Assembly (NCBI GenBank): GCA_039630575.1
Contig: JBCNUW010000001.1
Span: forward strand, 86,492-150,491
Direction of reading: 5' to 3'
Source: Candidatus Hydrothermales bacterium
GTDB lineage: Bacteria; Hydrothermota; Hydrothermia; Hydrothermales; JAJRUZ01
DNA length: 64,000 nt
This document shows, in pieces, positions 39,694 to 50,197 of this stretch. The notes under the pieces were generated by a model, which made no database searches, was not told the origin of the DNA, and worked only from the letters and a program-made list of their open reading frames with translations. Positions within the stretch are counted from its first letter, which is position 1. The number at the start of each line of letters is the position of its first letter. Both the position numbers and the translations under genes were made by a program.

Positions 39694-41811
39694 TTAAAAC
39701 CTAATTGTAAGAGGAACCCAAACAGCCATAGGATTTCCAAACTGGTCTTTAGCAGGTTCAAAAATATAGCCCTTTGCCGCCTCTACTGCTGAGTTATCAA
39801 GAAAATCATATCCGCTACTTTTTAAAATCTTAACATCTTTTACCTTGCCATTCTCATCTACCAAAACTCTCAAAAGAACACTGCCTCTTGCTCCTAACTT
39901 CCTCGCTATATCTGGATATGTTGGTTTAACCTCCTGCTTTACAACAGGTAAAACAGTAGGAATAGCCTGTTGAGGAGGTGGAGCCTCCTCCGGTTTTTCT
40001 TTCTCTTCAATTGGAGCTAAAGGTTCCTCTTCAACTGGTTTTTCAGAAACTGGAGGTTCTTCTTTCTTTACTGCCTCTTCTGCAATCCTTTTCTGTAAAA
40101 TTTCTTCAGCTGTTATTTCAGGTTTAGGAACTACTTGAGGTTTTGGTTCCTCAGGTTTAATAGCTACTGTCTCAGTTTTTCTTATTTTTTCTTCTTCAAA
40201 GGTAATTTCTTCTTTAGTTCCTACTTCCTCTTCTTTTTTAACAATTTCAAAACTTACTCTCTCTACTCTTTCTTGAGTAGGGATCCAAACTATGTCAAGG
40301 TTGGAAACAACCAGTTCAAGTGGGAAATTATCTATGTTTTTAACTCTATTAGAGAAAGCAAAAATCTCCTGAGGAACTACTAAGGGTGTAACTGGTAAAT
40401 CCTCTAATAAAATTTTTTGAACAAGTCTTAACATTTTTTTAGCATTTTTTCTATTTAAGGTCATCATTGATGAATTTAAAAGAGAATCAACTTTCTTGTT
40501 ACTGTAACCCATAAAATTAAAGATTCCATCCGTGCTGAAAAGTGGGCTTATATCAGCCTTTTCATTTAAAGGGTAAGAGAGAATAAAAATATCAAAATCA
40601 AAATTAATCAATTTTGATATGAATGAGAAAGGATCAAGTGGCAAAAGATTAACTTTTATAAGTTCTGTTTTTTCTAGGTCATTTTTTATAATTTCTGTAA
40701 TTTTTTCATATATTTTTTGAGTATTATCGTAAATCAGATTTATTACAAAAGGTTTTCTTTTTGTGTATCCCATCTGATTCAAAATAGAAACTGTTTCATC
40801 CAAGTTAGCTCTTTTTAAATCTATTAGGTTGCTATCATAAGCCCAAATTGAAGGTGGAATTATTGATTTAGCTTTTAACCCATAACCTTTAAAAACACTT
40901 TTTATAATATCATCAACATTTATTAAACCTGAAATTTTAGACCTTAATTCAATATTATCAAAGGGTTTTCTTTTTGTATTCCATCCAACAAAAATTACTC
41001 TATTTGACTCGTAATTTTTAATTTTGCCATTTTTATAATCTCTTAATCCATCCATAATCACTTCTGGAATAAGTGAAAAACCTACATCCACAATATCCAT
41101 TTTTAGCGCTTCAGCTACATCAAAAGGTGTGGGATATATTTTAAAAACTATTTTATCTAAGTAGCCTGTTTTTTCAAAATATTCATCAAACTTTTCAAGA
41201 GTGAGAAAATCGCCCCTTTTGTATTCGGTGACTCTGTATGGACCGTTACCAACAGGTTTATAAAAAAATTCAGAATTTCTTATATCTTCCACATCCTTAA
41301 GTATATGTTCAGGTAAGGGATATATTTCACAGTCAATGAGCTGAGAGGAATATGTATTTGTAAACTCTATTTTTAAAACATGATCAGACAATTTTTCTAT
41401 TTTTCTAATAAATTGAAAGTTTGCTCTCAAAAGTGAAGTTGAACCTGGAGAAGTTATGACCTTATAGGAAAATATAAAATCTGCTGCAGTAACTGGTTTT
41501 CCATCATGCCACTTTGCGTCTTTTCTTAAATAAAAGGTTATAGTTTTTAAATCTTCAGAAAATTCCCATTCACTTGCAATTCCTGGATAAACCCTGTTTT
41601 TTTCAACTCTTATTAGTGGACAAAAGATTAGATCGAATATTGAATTATCCTGTCTTGGTGAAGGGAAAATGGGTATTAAGGACTCGAAATCCTGCACAAT
41701 TCCTATTCCCAAAACTCCTCCTTTTTCCGGATTTTTTGGAATTTCCCTTCCTAATCTAACACAGAAGTTAATATAAAAAATGGTAAAAATTAAAAAAATA
41801 AACCTTAACAT
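39694..41811 (-). CDS. chimeric protein: periplasmic solute-binding protein family 5 (OppA/DppA-like) domain + Pro/Glu/Lys-rich linker + TonB C-terminal domain
   Basis: N-terminal signal peptide; SBP_bac_5 signature PGIASEWEFSEDLKTITFYLRKDAKWHDGKPVTAADFIFSY; ~110-aa EP/KP-rich spacer; C-terminus YPDIARKLGARGSVLLRVLVDENGKVKDVKILKSSGYDFLDNSAVEAAKGYIFEPA...VPLTIRF typical of TonB_C; no internal TM segment. Confidence 0.75.
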   Translation of the reverse strand: MLRFIFLIFTIFYINFCVRLGREIPKNPEKGGVLGIGIVQDFESLIPIFPSPRQDNSIFDLIFCPLIRVEKNRVYPGIASEWEFSEDLKTITFYLRKDAKWHDGKPVTAADFIFSYKVITSPGSTSLLRANFQFIRKIEKLSDHVLKIEFTNTYSSQLIDCEIYPLPEHILKDVEDIRNSEFFYKPVGNGPYRVTEYKRGDFLTLEKFDEYFEKTGYLDKIVFKIYPTPFDVAEALKMDIVDVGFSLIPEVIMDGLRDYKNGKIKNYESNRVIFVGWNTKRKPFDNIELRSKISGLINVDDIIKSVFKGYGLKAKSIIPPSIWAYDSNLIDLKRANLDETVSILNQMGYTKRKPFVINLIYDNTQKIYEKITEIIKNDLEKTELIKVNLLPLDPFSFISKLINFDFDIFILSYPLNEKADISPLFSTDGIFNFMGYSNKKVDSLLNSSMMTLNRKNAKKMLRLVQKILLEDLPVTPLVVPQEIFAFSNRVKNIDNFPLELVVSNLDIVWIPTQERVERVSFEIVKKEEEVGTKEEITFEEEKIRKTETVAIKPEEPKPQVVPKPEITAEEILQKRIAEEAVKKEEPPVSEKPVEEEPLAPIEEKEKPEEAPPPQQAIPTVLPVVKQEVKPTYPDIARKLGARGSVLLRVLVDENGKVKDVKILKSSGYDFLDNSAVEAAKGYIFEPAKDQFGNPMAVWVPLTIRF

Positions 41812-41828
41812 AATTAACCTCCTTTTTA

Positions 41829-42587
41829 TTATTTTAAAGTAAAAATATTATAATTTGTAAAATTTAAAGGGTCTACAGGAAAACCTCTATCCCATAATTC
41901 AAAATGTAAGTGTGGTCCAGTGCTTCTTCCTGTATTTCCTACTTTACCTAAAATTTCTCCTCTTTTAACCCACTCACCTTTTCTAACTGTTATTTCTTTT
42001 AAATGTCCATAAAAAGTTTTTATGCCATTTTTATGATCAACCCATAAATAAAGTCCAAAATCTTCATCAATACCTTTTTCTTTAACAATTCCTTCAAGGG
42101 GCGATTTCACTGGTGTCCCAAGAGGAGCTACAATATCAACACCTGGATGGATAGGAGAAAAGAAATTACTTATTAGTCCTTTAACAGGAAGATCAAAATA
42201 AAAAGTTAACCCTTTAAATTCCCTTTTACTTAAATCATAACTAAATGTATCTTCTAATTTTAAAACCTCTTTTAAAACTTTTTCTGGTTTTAAAAGATTT
42301 TCAAGCTGACTCGAAAAGGCAACAAATTTTTGAAGTTTTTTCTCGATTTCTATTATTTTTTTCTCTTGATGTTTTGCCTTTTGTACCTCATACTCAAGTA
42401 ATTTCATCTTAGTAAAATTACTAAACATCCAAATTGAAAAAATCAATGAAAAAATTAGAAAAGAAAAAATAAAAAATAAAAAACCTCTTAAAAAATTAAG
42501 AATTAAAGGAGATAAATAAATTTGTCTTACTTTAGATGATCCCTCAGGTATAATTTTTAAAAATAACCCTTTTTCCCTTTTCCTCAA
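41829..42587 (-). CDS. M23 family metallopeptidase with N-terminal TM anchor and coiled coil
   Basis: HPGVDIVAPLGTPV, NTGRSTGPHLHFEL (HxH) motifs. Confidence 0.85.
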   Translation of the reverse strand: MRKREKGLFLKIIPEGSSKVRQIYLSPLILNFLRGFLFFIFSFLIFSLIFSIWMFSNFTKMKLLEYEVQKAKHQEKKIIEIEKKLQKFVAFSSQLENLLKPEKVLKEVLKLEDTFSYDLSKREFKGLTFYFDLPVKGLISNFFSPIHPGVDIVAPLGTPVKSPLEGIVKEKGIDEDFGLYLWVDHKNGIKTFYGHLKEITVRKGEWVKRGEILGKVGNTGRSTGPHLHFELWDRGFPVDPLNFTNYNIFTLK

Positions 42588-43573
42588 TTTGACGGGGGTT
42601 CCTCAATTATTGCGTTTATGAGTTTATATACCTCTTCCAAATCACTTCTTAGAATAAGAGAAGAAGGTGAGTGAGAGTATCTTACCGGTATTGTTATTGT
42701 AATTGTAGGAATACCACCTCTTGCGGTTTGTATAGAAAAAGCATCTGTTACACCATAGCTTCCGGCATCTCTCTGAACCTTGATACCTCTTTTTTTTGCA
42801 AGATTCTCAAGATAACTGATAAGCTTTAAAGGAAATACAGTCCTTGAATCCATCACCCTGATTCCAGCACCACCTCCTAATTTAAAAGACCTCTCTGGTT
42901 CTGTATAGGTATCTCCAGTTGTCGATACATCCACTGTAAAAACAAAATCTGTTTCAATATATTCAGAAAAAACTCTCGCACCTCTCAAACCCAATTCCTC
43001 CTGTACATTAAAAACAAAATATAGGTCTCTTTCAAAACTTTCATTTTCTAAGAGTAAATTCACAAGTACACTCACACCTGCTCTATTATCAAGATTTCTC
43101 GCAATTATTTTGTTATCTTGAATAACAAAACTTGAATATATAACTGCGGGTTCCCCTATTGAAACAGCTTTAAGAGCCTCCTCTTTTGATTCACATCCTA
43201 TATCAATAATTATTTCTTCAAAACTATTTACATCCTGTTTTTTCCAGTTTTTTCCGTTAAATACCCCAACAACACCGCTTTTAAATATAACCATATGTCC
43301 TGTGTATAGGTGAGGGTAGACAGTTCCTACAGGTGAACACTTTAAAAATCCCCTCTTATCAGCATCAACACAAACTATTCCTATTTCATCAATATGAGCT
43401 GAAAAAGTAATAGTAGGTTTCTTTCCTTTATTGTAAATTACCAAATTTCCAAACCTATCCTCTTTTATGTCAAATTTCTTTCCTTTGAGAAACTCTTTAA
43501 TTTTCTCCTTTACTTCTCCTTCAAAACCCGACGGTCCGAAAACTTCACATAATTCCCTTAAAATCCTCTCCAT
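42584..43573 (-). CDS. M42 family aminopeptidase (FrvX/CelM-like), copy 1
   Basis: LCEVFGPSGFEGEV N-terminus, SAHIDEIG metal site, 329 aa. Confidence 0.8.
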   Translation of the reverse strand: MERILRELCEVFGPSGFEGEVKEKIKEFLKGKKFDIKEDRFGNLVIYNKGKKPTITFSAHIDEIGIVCVDADKRGFLKCSPVGTVYPHLYTGHMVIFKSGVVGVFNGKNWKKQDVNSFEEIIIDIGCESKEEALKAVSIGEPAVIYSSFVIQDNKIIARNLDNRAGVSVLVNLLLENESFERDLYFVFNVQEELGLRGARVFSEYIETDFVFTVDVSTTGDTYTEPERSFKLGGGAGIRVMDSRTVFPLKLISYLENLAKKRGIKVQRDAGSYGVTDAFSIQTARGGIPTITITIPVRYSHSPSSLILRSDLEEVYKLINAIIEEPPSN

Positions 43574-44570
43574 ACATCTCCTCCATAATTTTTAAAAGTA
43601 ATTTCTTAGTGTTATAGAGATCTTCTTTAAAAATTAAAGAAGCCTTTGAATGAATGTATCTACAGGGAATAGCCATCACCAGAGTCTTTACACCTCTATT
43701 TGTCAAAGAAACTGGTCCACCGTCTGTCGAGCCAGTAAAGGGGATTTTCCATTGAAATTTTATGTTATTTTTAAAGGCAGCCCTTTCAACATAATTTATT
43801 AAAACTTCATTTACTATTAGAGATTTATCCATTTTGGTTATTACAGGGCCATATCCCAACTTAGGGTAATACTCCTCCTCAGGGTGATAAGGTTCAAAAG
43901 CAAAAGTACCCTCGATAATAAAAGCAAGATCAAAATTTCTTCTTGATGATGAAACTCTTGCTCCTAATAAACCTGTCTCCTCTTGAACTGTAAAAACAAA
44001 ATTTGTATCAAAAGGTATCTCTTCATCAAGAATTAAAGAAAGCACCAGAGCTGTTCCTGCTCGGTTGTCAAAAGATTTTCCTTTATAAACTTCCTTTCCA
44101 ATCTCCTCGAATTTTGTCATAAAAACACCTTCTTCACCTATGTCAACTCTACTCTTTGCTTCTTCGCTTGAATAGGCTCCTATATCTATTACGAGATTTT
44201 TGAAACTGTATTCAATCTGCTTTTTTCTATGAGGAGGAAGACTTATAACTATACCTTTAGTACCATTTAAGAAAATAATTTCATTACCAGGTAAAATCTC
44301 CGCATCTAAGCCACCTATTGGTCTAAACTTAAGGTAGCCATCAGAGGTATATCCTGTTACTATAACACCTACTTCATCAATATGAGCCATTACACAAACG
44401 TTTAATTTGATTTCCGCTTTTCCTCTTTTAAACACATAGAGGTTCCCAAAAAAATCTTCTTCATAAAAAATTCCTTTTTCTTCGAGTTTTGATTTAATAT
44501 AGTCCTTTACCTCATCTTCTCTTCCTGAGGGTCCTTTAAGTTCTGATAATTCTTTTAAATATTCTATCAT
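43545..44570 (-). CDS. M42 family aminopeptidase, copy 2 (tandem paralog)
   Basis: LSELKGPSGREDEV, MAHIDEVGVIVT; 341 aa. Confidence 0.8.
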   Translation of the reverse strand: MIEYLKELSELKGPSGREDEVKDYIKSKLEEKGIFYEEDFFGNLYVFKRGKAEIKLNVCVMAHIDEVGVIVTGYTSDGYLKFRPIGGLDAEILPGNEIIFLNGTKGIVISLPPHRKKQIEYSFKNLVIDIGAYSSEEAKSRVDIGEEGVFMTKFEEIGKEVYKGKSFDNRAGTALVLSLILDEEIPFDTNFVFTVQEETGLLGARVSSSRRNFDLAFIIEGTFAFEPYHPEEEYYPKLGYGPVITKMDKSLIVNEVLINYVERAAFKNNIKFQWKIPFTGSTDGGPVSLTNRGVKTLVMAIPCRYIHSKASLIFKEDLYNTKKLLLKIMEEMYGEDFKGIM

Positions 44571-47476
44571 TTTATTCCCATGGAGTTTTTGAGAGAGTCT
44601 ATTTTATTCTTTACAAAATCAGGCAAATTTTTGATTCTTTCAACAAGTTTAAGAACATTTTTAAAGTTAACAGTATCTTTTTTTAAGTAATAGAGAGTAA
44701 GAAGATCCAAAACCAAAAAAGGATCAGCATACCTAAGGCTTAAAGCTTTGTTAAAGTTTTCTTCAGCCTTATCTAACTGTCCCATTCCAAGATAACTTTC
44801 ACCCATTACTCTAAAGATTTCTGGGAATTGGGCTTCTTTTAAAGCGTCTTGTGCCTTAATTAAAGCCTTTTCAAACATACCAGCACGATTATATAGATCT
44901 GCTAATGTTAATTTTACAGCTAACCAAGCCCTTTTTTCGTCTGGTTCATCTCCCTTTATATCTCCCTCAAAAAGCTCAGAAAACTCAAATTCTTTTATTG
45001 CCTTTTCTAAATCACCTACAGACTGATAATAAAGTCCAAGAACTATTGCTAAGGATCTATACTGAGCAAGTAGCCTATCGTGTGTTAAATCCTTAAAAAC
45101 ACTTTCATCCTTTTTTCCATTTTTTATTATTCCCCTATATCTAAATTTTTTATGCAAATATTCCTCAGTTTTTTTAACATCCATCCCAGTTCCAAAAGGA
45201 GAATTTATTTCCTGTTTTATTGGTGTTACTCTGTATACCATTCCTTCAAGTAAAAGGTAGTCTGTATAGTCTTTGTATGCTTTTCTCTCACAAGTCATCG
45301 AAAAAAATAAAGGTGGGGTAGGATTTTTATTTTTACCCTTTTCTAAAACTTCTCTCATAAATTCTTCACCACTTAGAAGAAATATTTCAGGTATTTGGAC
45401 TCCAGTTGGTAAGGTTTTTGTCTTTGTATCCTTGCCAAATTCATAGCCAAAAACTCCAGCAATTATATCTCTTATCATAATATCTCTTATTAAAACTATC
45501 CCTCTTTCTGTCCTAAAAGGAACAAGTTTTTTTATCTCATCATCTGAAAAATGAATTGGAACCCCCCATCTTTTGAGTTGTATGTTATACCAATCTGTAT
45601 TCAAAAGAGAAAGATTAGCAACGATCACATTTTTTTTGTATCCAAATATATTCTGTAAAGCCCATAGGGGAAAAGTATCATTGTCACCATTTGTAAAAAC
45701 TATTCCACCATCATCAACACAAGAAAGAAGATTGTAAGAATAATCCTCTGCTATATAATTTGAACTTCTATCGACCTTATGATAAAAGGCGCTAATTTGC
45801 CATATGGGTATTAAAAGCGAAAAAATTATAAAAATATACCTAAAATAAGGTAGAAATTTTTCTTTTAAATTTTCAAAGGTTAACCTGATAACTTCAAAGA
45901 ATCCAAAACCAGCATATAGGCCAAAAATGAAGTAGCCTGGAATAAAAAAATAATCTCTGTCTCTCACTTCTGTAGGAATTGAGCCCAAAAGCTGTAGAAA
46001 ATTTTGATTATTTGGATCGAAAATTGAAATAACTTCTCTAATTCTTGGAGAAAACAGAATTTTTGGAAACTGTTTAATAAAATCAAGAAAAGTTATGAGG
46101 GTAGAAGGATAATTTAAATTAAGTTGAACAATAAGTCCAAAAGTGCCCATTATAAGGGCACCTCCAAATAAAACAAAACTTTTAATATCAGAGTATAGAT
46201 GAGCTATTATTCCTAAAATTCCTAAAATTACAATAAGAGGTATAAATTGGAAAGAAAAGTAATACAAAAATCCCCAGATCTGGTCTATAAAAGCCCAAAA
46301 TTGATTATAAACAGGAACTGAGATAAATTCTCCCTCTCTTACATTACTTGTTCTTCGTGGGAAAACATTCATAGGTTCGTACTGCTTTCTAGACAAAACA
46401 TCCCAAAAAGCTTGCCAGGTTTTAGGCTCTACTTGATTTATTGGAATATCAAACCTAGATCTTATCAGAAGATAAGCCTCAGGAGTGACTCCTAAAAGAA
46501 TCATTAAAAGTGTGAATCCCCTTGCATCTATGTAAAGTTTTACATAGAGGAAAAATATAATAAATGTTAAAAGTGCTGAAATAAAAATTAATATTTTCCA
46601 GTGATTAAATATGGAAATAAAAGAAATAAGTGCTAAAATAAAGTAAATTAGATCAAAAGAGTTAAAAAGAAACTTTCTGTTGTGTTTTTCCCATAAACTT
46701 AAATAGGTTAAAGTATAACCTAAAAATAAAAAAACTATTAAAGCTCTAAAACTAAAAGGTTCATAAGTCGCTCTTAATGCACCTATAAAAAGAAAGAGGA
46801 AACCTAAGGAAGAAAAAAATTGTACATTTAAAATTTCTTCTTTCTTAACGAAAATTATAAACAAAATCAAAACAGGTACTATAATTAATGACAAAAGATG
46901 TATACCTGAACTTAAAGATAGAAAATAAAAGGCAGTAATTATATACCTTAAAGAATCCTTCTTATCCTTTCTTTCCCACCATGTATATAGAAAGTAAACT
47001 GAAAGGATTATAAAAAATGTTGAAGGCATGTAAGTTTCTGCTTCAATACTACTCCACCAAGTTGTAAAAGCAAAAGGTGCACATATTGATCCCATGAAGG
47101 CTGAAAATTGAATTAAAATATCAGGAACTTTCTTGGAGACTCTGTTTAAAATCTTATATAAAAGCAAATAACCTAATGCAGATGAAAAAGCACCAGAGAG
47201 AATAGAGATAAGTGTGATTTTTTGAACTGTATTTAAAAATGGTACAGGAAGTAAAGCAAAAAACCTTCCAACAATAACATAAAGAGGTGTTCCCGGAGGA
47301 TGAGGAATACCTAAAATATAGGAAGTTGCTAAAAATTCTCCTACATCCCAGAAAACAATTGTGGGAGCTGTTGTTTTAAGGTAAATTAAAAAAGTAATTA
47401 AAAAAGAAAAGAAGAAAAATACCTTAGTTAATTTCCTACTTTCCATAATGTTCTTCCATTTCACCTTCTTCTTCAA
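44567..47476 (-). CDS. DUF2723/TMEM260-like polytopic membrane (putative glycosyltransferase) protein with C-terminal TPR repeats
   Basis: FWDVGEFLATSYILGIPHPPGTPLYVIVGRFFAL N-terminal signature, many TM helices, TPR-like C-terminus; real start may be the internal Met 10 codons downstream. Confidence 0.65.
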   Translation of the reverse strand: MKKKVKWKNIMESRKLTKVFFFFSFLITFLIYLKTTAPTIVFWDVGEFLATSYILGIPHPPGTPLYVIVGRFFALLPVPFLNTVQKITLISILSGAFSSALGYLLLYKILNRVSKKVPDILIQFSAFMGSICAPFAFTTWWSSIEAETYMPSTFFIILSVYFLYTWWERKDKKDSLRYIITAFYFLSLSSGIHLLSLIIVPVLILFIIFVKKEEILNVQFFSSLGFLFLFIGALRATYEPFSFRALIVFLFLGYTLTYLSLWEKHNRKFLFNSFDLIYFILALISFISIFNHWKILIFISALLTFIIFFLYVKLYIDARGFTLLMILLGVTPEAYLLIRSRFDIPINQVEPKTWQAFWDVLSRKQYEPMNVFPRRTSNVREGEFISVPVYNQFWAFIDQIWGFLYYFSFQFIPLIVILGILGIIAHLYSDIKSFVLFGGALIMGTFGLIVQLNLNYPSTLITFLDFIKQFPKILFSPRIREVISIFDPNNQNFLQLLGSIPTEVRDRDYFFIPGYFIFGLYAGFGFFEVIRLTFENLKEKFLPYFRYIFIIFSLLIPIWQISAFYHKVDRSSNYIAEDYSYNLLSCVDDGGIVFTNGDNDTFPLWALQNIFGYKKNVIVANLSLLNTDWYNIQLKRWGVPIHFSDDEIKKLVPFRTERGIVLIRDIMIRDIIAGVFGYEFGKDTKTKTLPTGVQIPEIFLLSGEEFMREVLEKGKNKNPTPPLFFSMTCERKAYKDYTDYLLLEGMVYRVTPIKQEINSPFGTGMDVKKTEEYLHKKFRYRGIIKNGKKDESVFKDLTHDRLLAQYRSLAIVLGLYYQSVGDLEKAIKEFEFSELFEGDIKGDEPDEKRAWLAVKLTLADLYNRAGMFEKALIKAQDALKEAQFPEIFRVMGESYLGMGQLDKAEENFNKALSLRYADPFLVLDLLTLYYLKKDTVNFKNVLKLVERIKNLPDFVKNKIDSLKNSMGIK

Positions 47477-50090
47477 TCTGTGCGTGGGCAGCAGCTATTC
47501 TTGCTATAGGTACTCTAAAAGGTGAACAGGAAACATAATCAAGACCTATTTTATGACAGAATTTAATTGACTCGGGGTCACCACCGTGTTCTCCACATAT
47601 TCCAATTTTTAAGTTAGGGTTAGACTTTCTTCCCTTTTTAACAGCAGTTTTCATTAAATCACCGACTCCTTTTTGATCAATTGTTTTAAAAGGATCATCT
47701 TTTAAAATTCCTTTTTCAATGTAGTAGTGAAGGAATTTACCAATATCGTCTCTTGAAAAACCATAGACTGTTTGAGTGAGATCATTTGTTCCAAAAGAGA
47801 AGAACTCTGCTACTTTTGCTATCTCACCTGCTGTTACACATGCTCTTGGCAGCTCTATCATCGTTCCAACTTTATAATCAATTTTTATACCCTCCTTTTC
47901 CATAACTTCCTTTGCTACCCTATCGACTATCTCCTTCTGTAAATCTAGTTCATCCTTTATTCCCACGAGGGGTATCATAATCTCTGGAATTGCTTTTATT
48001 CCCTCTTTTATAGCCTTTGTAGCAGCCTCAAAAATTGCTCTTGCCTGCATTTCTGTGATCTCTGGATATGTAATTCCGAGTCTACATCCTCTATGACCAA
48101 GCATCGGGTTCATTTCTTTAAGAGTTTCTGTAATCTTTTTAATCTCCTCTACACTTTTTCCTGTTCTTTGGGATAATTTCTTCATTGATTCCTCATCTTT
48201 TGGTAAAAATTCATGAAGGGGTGGATCAAGAGTTCTAATTGTCACAGGATAACCATCCATTTCTTTAAAAATTAAATAAAAATCTTCTCTTTGAAGAGGC
48301 AAAAGTTTTTGAAGAGCTTTCCTCCTCTCCTCTTCTGTTTCTGCAAGGATCATTTCTTGCATTATATATATTCTTTCCCCCTCAAAAAACATGTGTTCAG
48401 TTCTACATAAACCAATACCTTGAGCTCCAAATTCCCTTGCTTTTCTTGCATCTTGGGGTGTATCGGCGTTGGCTCTAACACCTAACTTCCTCACTCTGTC
48501 TGCAAAGTTCAGTAGTTCTGTAAACTCTGGGAATATTTCCGGTTGGATCAATTCAGCTTTCCCAACATAGACCTTACCTGTATTACCATCAATACTTATA
48601 AAATCACCTTCATTTAAAATCTTCCCATTAACTTCTAAAATTTTTTTATGCTCATCTATATGAAGCATTTCACAACCAACAACACAAGGTTTTCCCATCC
48701 CTCTTGCCACTACAGCAGCATGGGAGGTCATTCCTCCTCTTGCTGTTAAAATACCCTTTGCTTTTACCATACCATGAATATCATCAGGAGAGGTTTCAAG
48801 TCTTACAAGTATTACAGGCTCACCCATTTCAGCTCTTTTAAGTGCCTCATCTGCTGTAAAATAAATTTTTCCAACTGCTGCACCAGGAGATGCCGGAAGA
48901 CCAACTGCTATAGGTGTATTTCTTTTCTCAAAGTCATTAGAAATCTGTGGATGTAAGAGTTTTTCTATATCCTCAGATGAAACCCTTTTGAGTGCGGTTT
49001 TCTCATCAATTATTCCCTCCTTTACCATACTTACAGCAATTTTAACAGCTGCCTTTGGAGTCCTCTTTCCAACCCTTGTTTGTAGAAAGTAAACCTTTCC
49101 TCTTTCTACTGTAAATTCCATATCCTGGATATCTTTATAGTGTCTTTCAAGTTTTTCAAAAATATTTACTAGTTGCTCATAAATTGTTGGATTCTTTAAC
49201 TTTAATTCCGAAAGAGGTAAAGGAGTCCTAATTCCAGCTACTACATCCTCACCTTGAGCATTGAATAGAAACTCACCGAAAACTTCCTTTTCTCCTGTTG
49301 AAGGGTTCCTTGAAAAGGCAACCCCTGTTCCTGAATCTTCTCCCATGTTCCCAAAAACCATAGCCTGAACATTACAGGCTGTTCCCCAACTGTCTGGAAT
49401 TTTATAAATTCTTCTATACTCAACTGCTCTTTTGTTATTCCAAGATTCAAACACTGCTATTATAGCCTTCCATAACTGTTCTTTTGGATCTTGAGGAAAT
49501 TCAATATTTTTCTCATTTCTAACAATATCTTTAAATTTTTCTATAATTTCCTTTAAATCATTCTCATCTAATTCATAATCATATTTAATACCCTTCTCTT
49601 TCTTTTTATGCTCAAGCACTTCTTCAAACTTCCTTCTCTCAATACCTAACACAATATCTGAAAACATCATTATGAATCTTCGGTAAGAATCATAGGCAAA
49701 TCTAAAATTACCTGTTACGTTTCCAAGACCCAAAACAGTTTGGTCATTCAGCCCTAGATTCAAAACCGTATCCATCATTCCAGGCATAGAAGCTCTGGCT
49801 CCTGATCTTACAGATACAAGAAGTGGGTTTTTAGGGTCTCCAAACTTTTTGCCGGTTCTTTCTTCAAGTAACTTAAGAGCTTTTTCTACTTCTTTTATAA
49901 GTCCTTTAGGTAAAGTTTTCTTTTTAAAATAATATACACAAGCTTCAGTTGAAATAGTAAAACCAGGTGGAACATTTATACCTATTCTTGCCATCTCATG
50001 AAGATTTGCCCCCTTCCCTCCTAATAGATCTTTCATGTTTGCATTACCCTCAGCCTTATTTTCCCCAAAAGAGTAAACATATTTTTTCAT
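47436..50090 (-). CDS. ppdK: pyruvate, phosphate dikinase
   Basis: MKKYVYSFGENKAEGNANMKDLLGGKGANLHEMARIGINVPPGFTISTEAC N-terminus, GGMTSHAAVVARGMGKPCVVGC phospho-His domain, C-terminal PEP/pyruvate domain; 884 aa. Confidence 0.95.
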   Translation of the reverse strand: MKKYVYSFGENKAEGNANMKDLLGGKGANLHEMARIGINVPPGFTISTEACVYYFKKKTLPKGLIKEVEKALKLLEERTGKKFGDPKNPLLVSVRSGARASMPGMMDTVLNLGLNDQTVLGLGNVTGNFRFAYDSYRRFIMMFSDIVLGIERRKFEEVLEHKKKEKGIKYDYELDENDLKEIIEKFKDIVRNEKNIEFPQDPKEQLWKAIIAVFESWNNKRAVEYRRIYKIPDSWGTACNVQAMVFGNMGEDSGTGVAFSRNPSTGEKEVFGEFLFNAQGEDVVAGIRTPLPLSELKLKNPTIYEQLVNIFEKLERHYKDIQDMEFTVERGKVYFLQTRVGKRTPKAAVKIAVSMVKEGIIDEKTALKRVSSEDIEKLLHPQISNDFEKRNTPIAVGLPASPGAAVGKIYFTADEALKRAEMGEPVILVRLETSPDDIHGMVKAKGILTARGGMTSHAAVVARGMGKPCVVGCEMLHIDEHKKILEVNGKILNEGDFISIDGNTGKVYVGKAELIQPEIFPEFTELLNFADRVRKLGVRANADTPQDARKAREFGAQGIGLCRTEHMFFEGERIYIMQEMILAETEEERRKALQKLLPLQREDFYLIFKEMDGYPVTIRTLDPPLHEFLPKDEESMKKLSQRTGKSVEEIKKITETLKEMNPMLGHRGCRLGITYPEITEMQARAIFEAATKAIKEGIKAIPEIMIPLVGIKDELDLQKEIVDRVAKEVMEKEGIKIDYKVGTMIELPRACVTAGEIAKVAEFFSFGTNDLTQTVYGFSRDDIGKFLHYYIEKGILKDDPFKTIDQKGVGDLMKTAVKKGRKSNPNLKIGICGEHGGDPESIKFCHKIGLDYVSCSPFRVPIARIAAAHAQIEEEGEMEEHYGK

Positions 50091-50167
50091 CTTAAATAAA
50101 TTTTTATATAAAATTTATGAGGAATTGAACCCTATTACTTAAACTTATTACTCAAAAATTAAAGTTA

Positions 50168-50197
50168 ATTTTAAAATGATTTATTAAATAAATTCAA
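50168..50197 (-). promoter_or_regulatory. candidate sigma70 promoter TTGAAT-N18-TAAAAT for ppdK, overlapping the 3' end of the upstream gene
   Basis: Minus strand: TTGAAT (50197-50192), TAAAAT (50173-50168). Confidence 0.4.
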
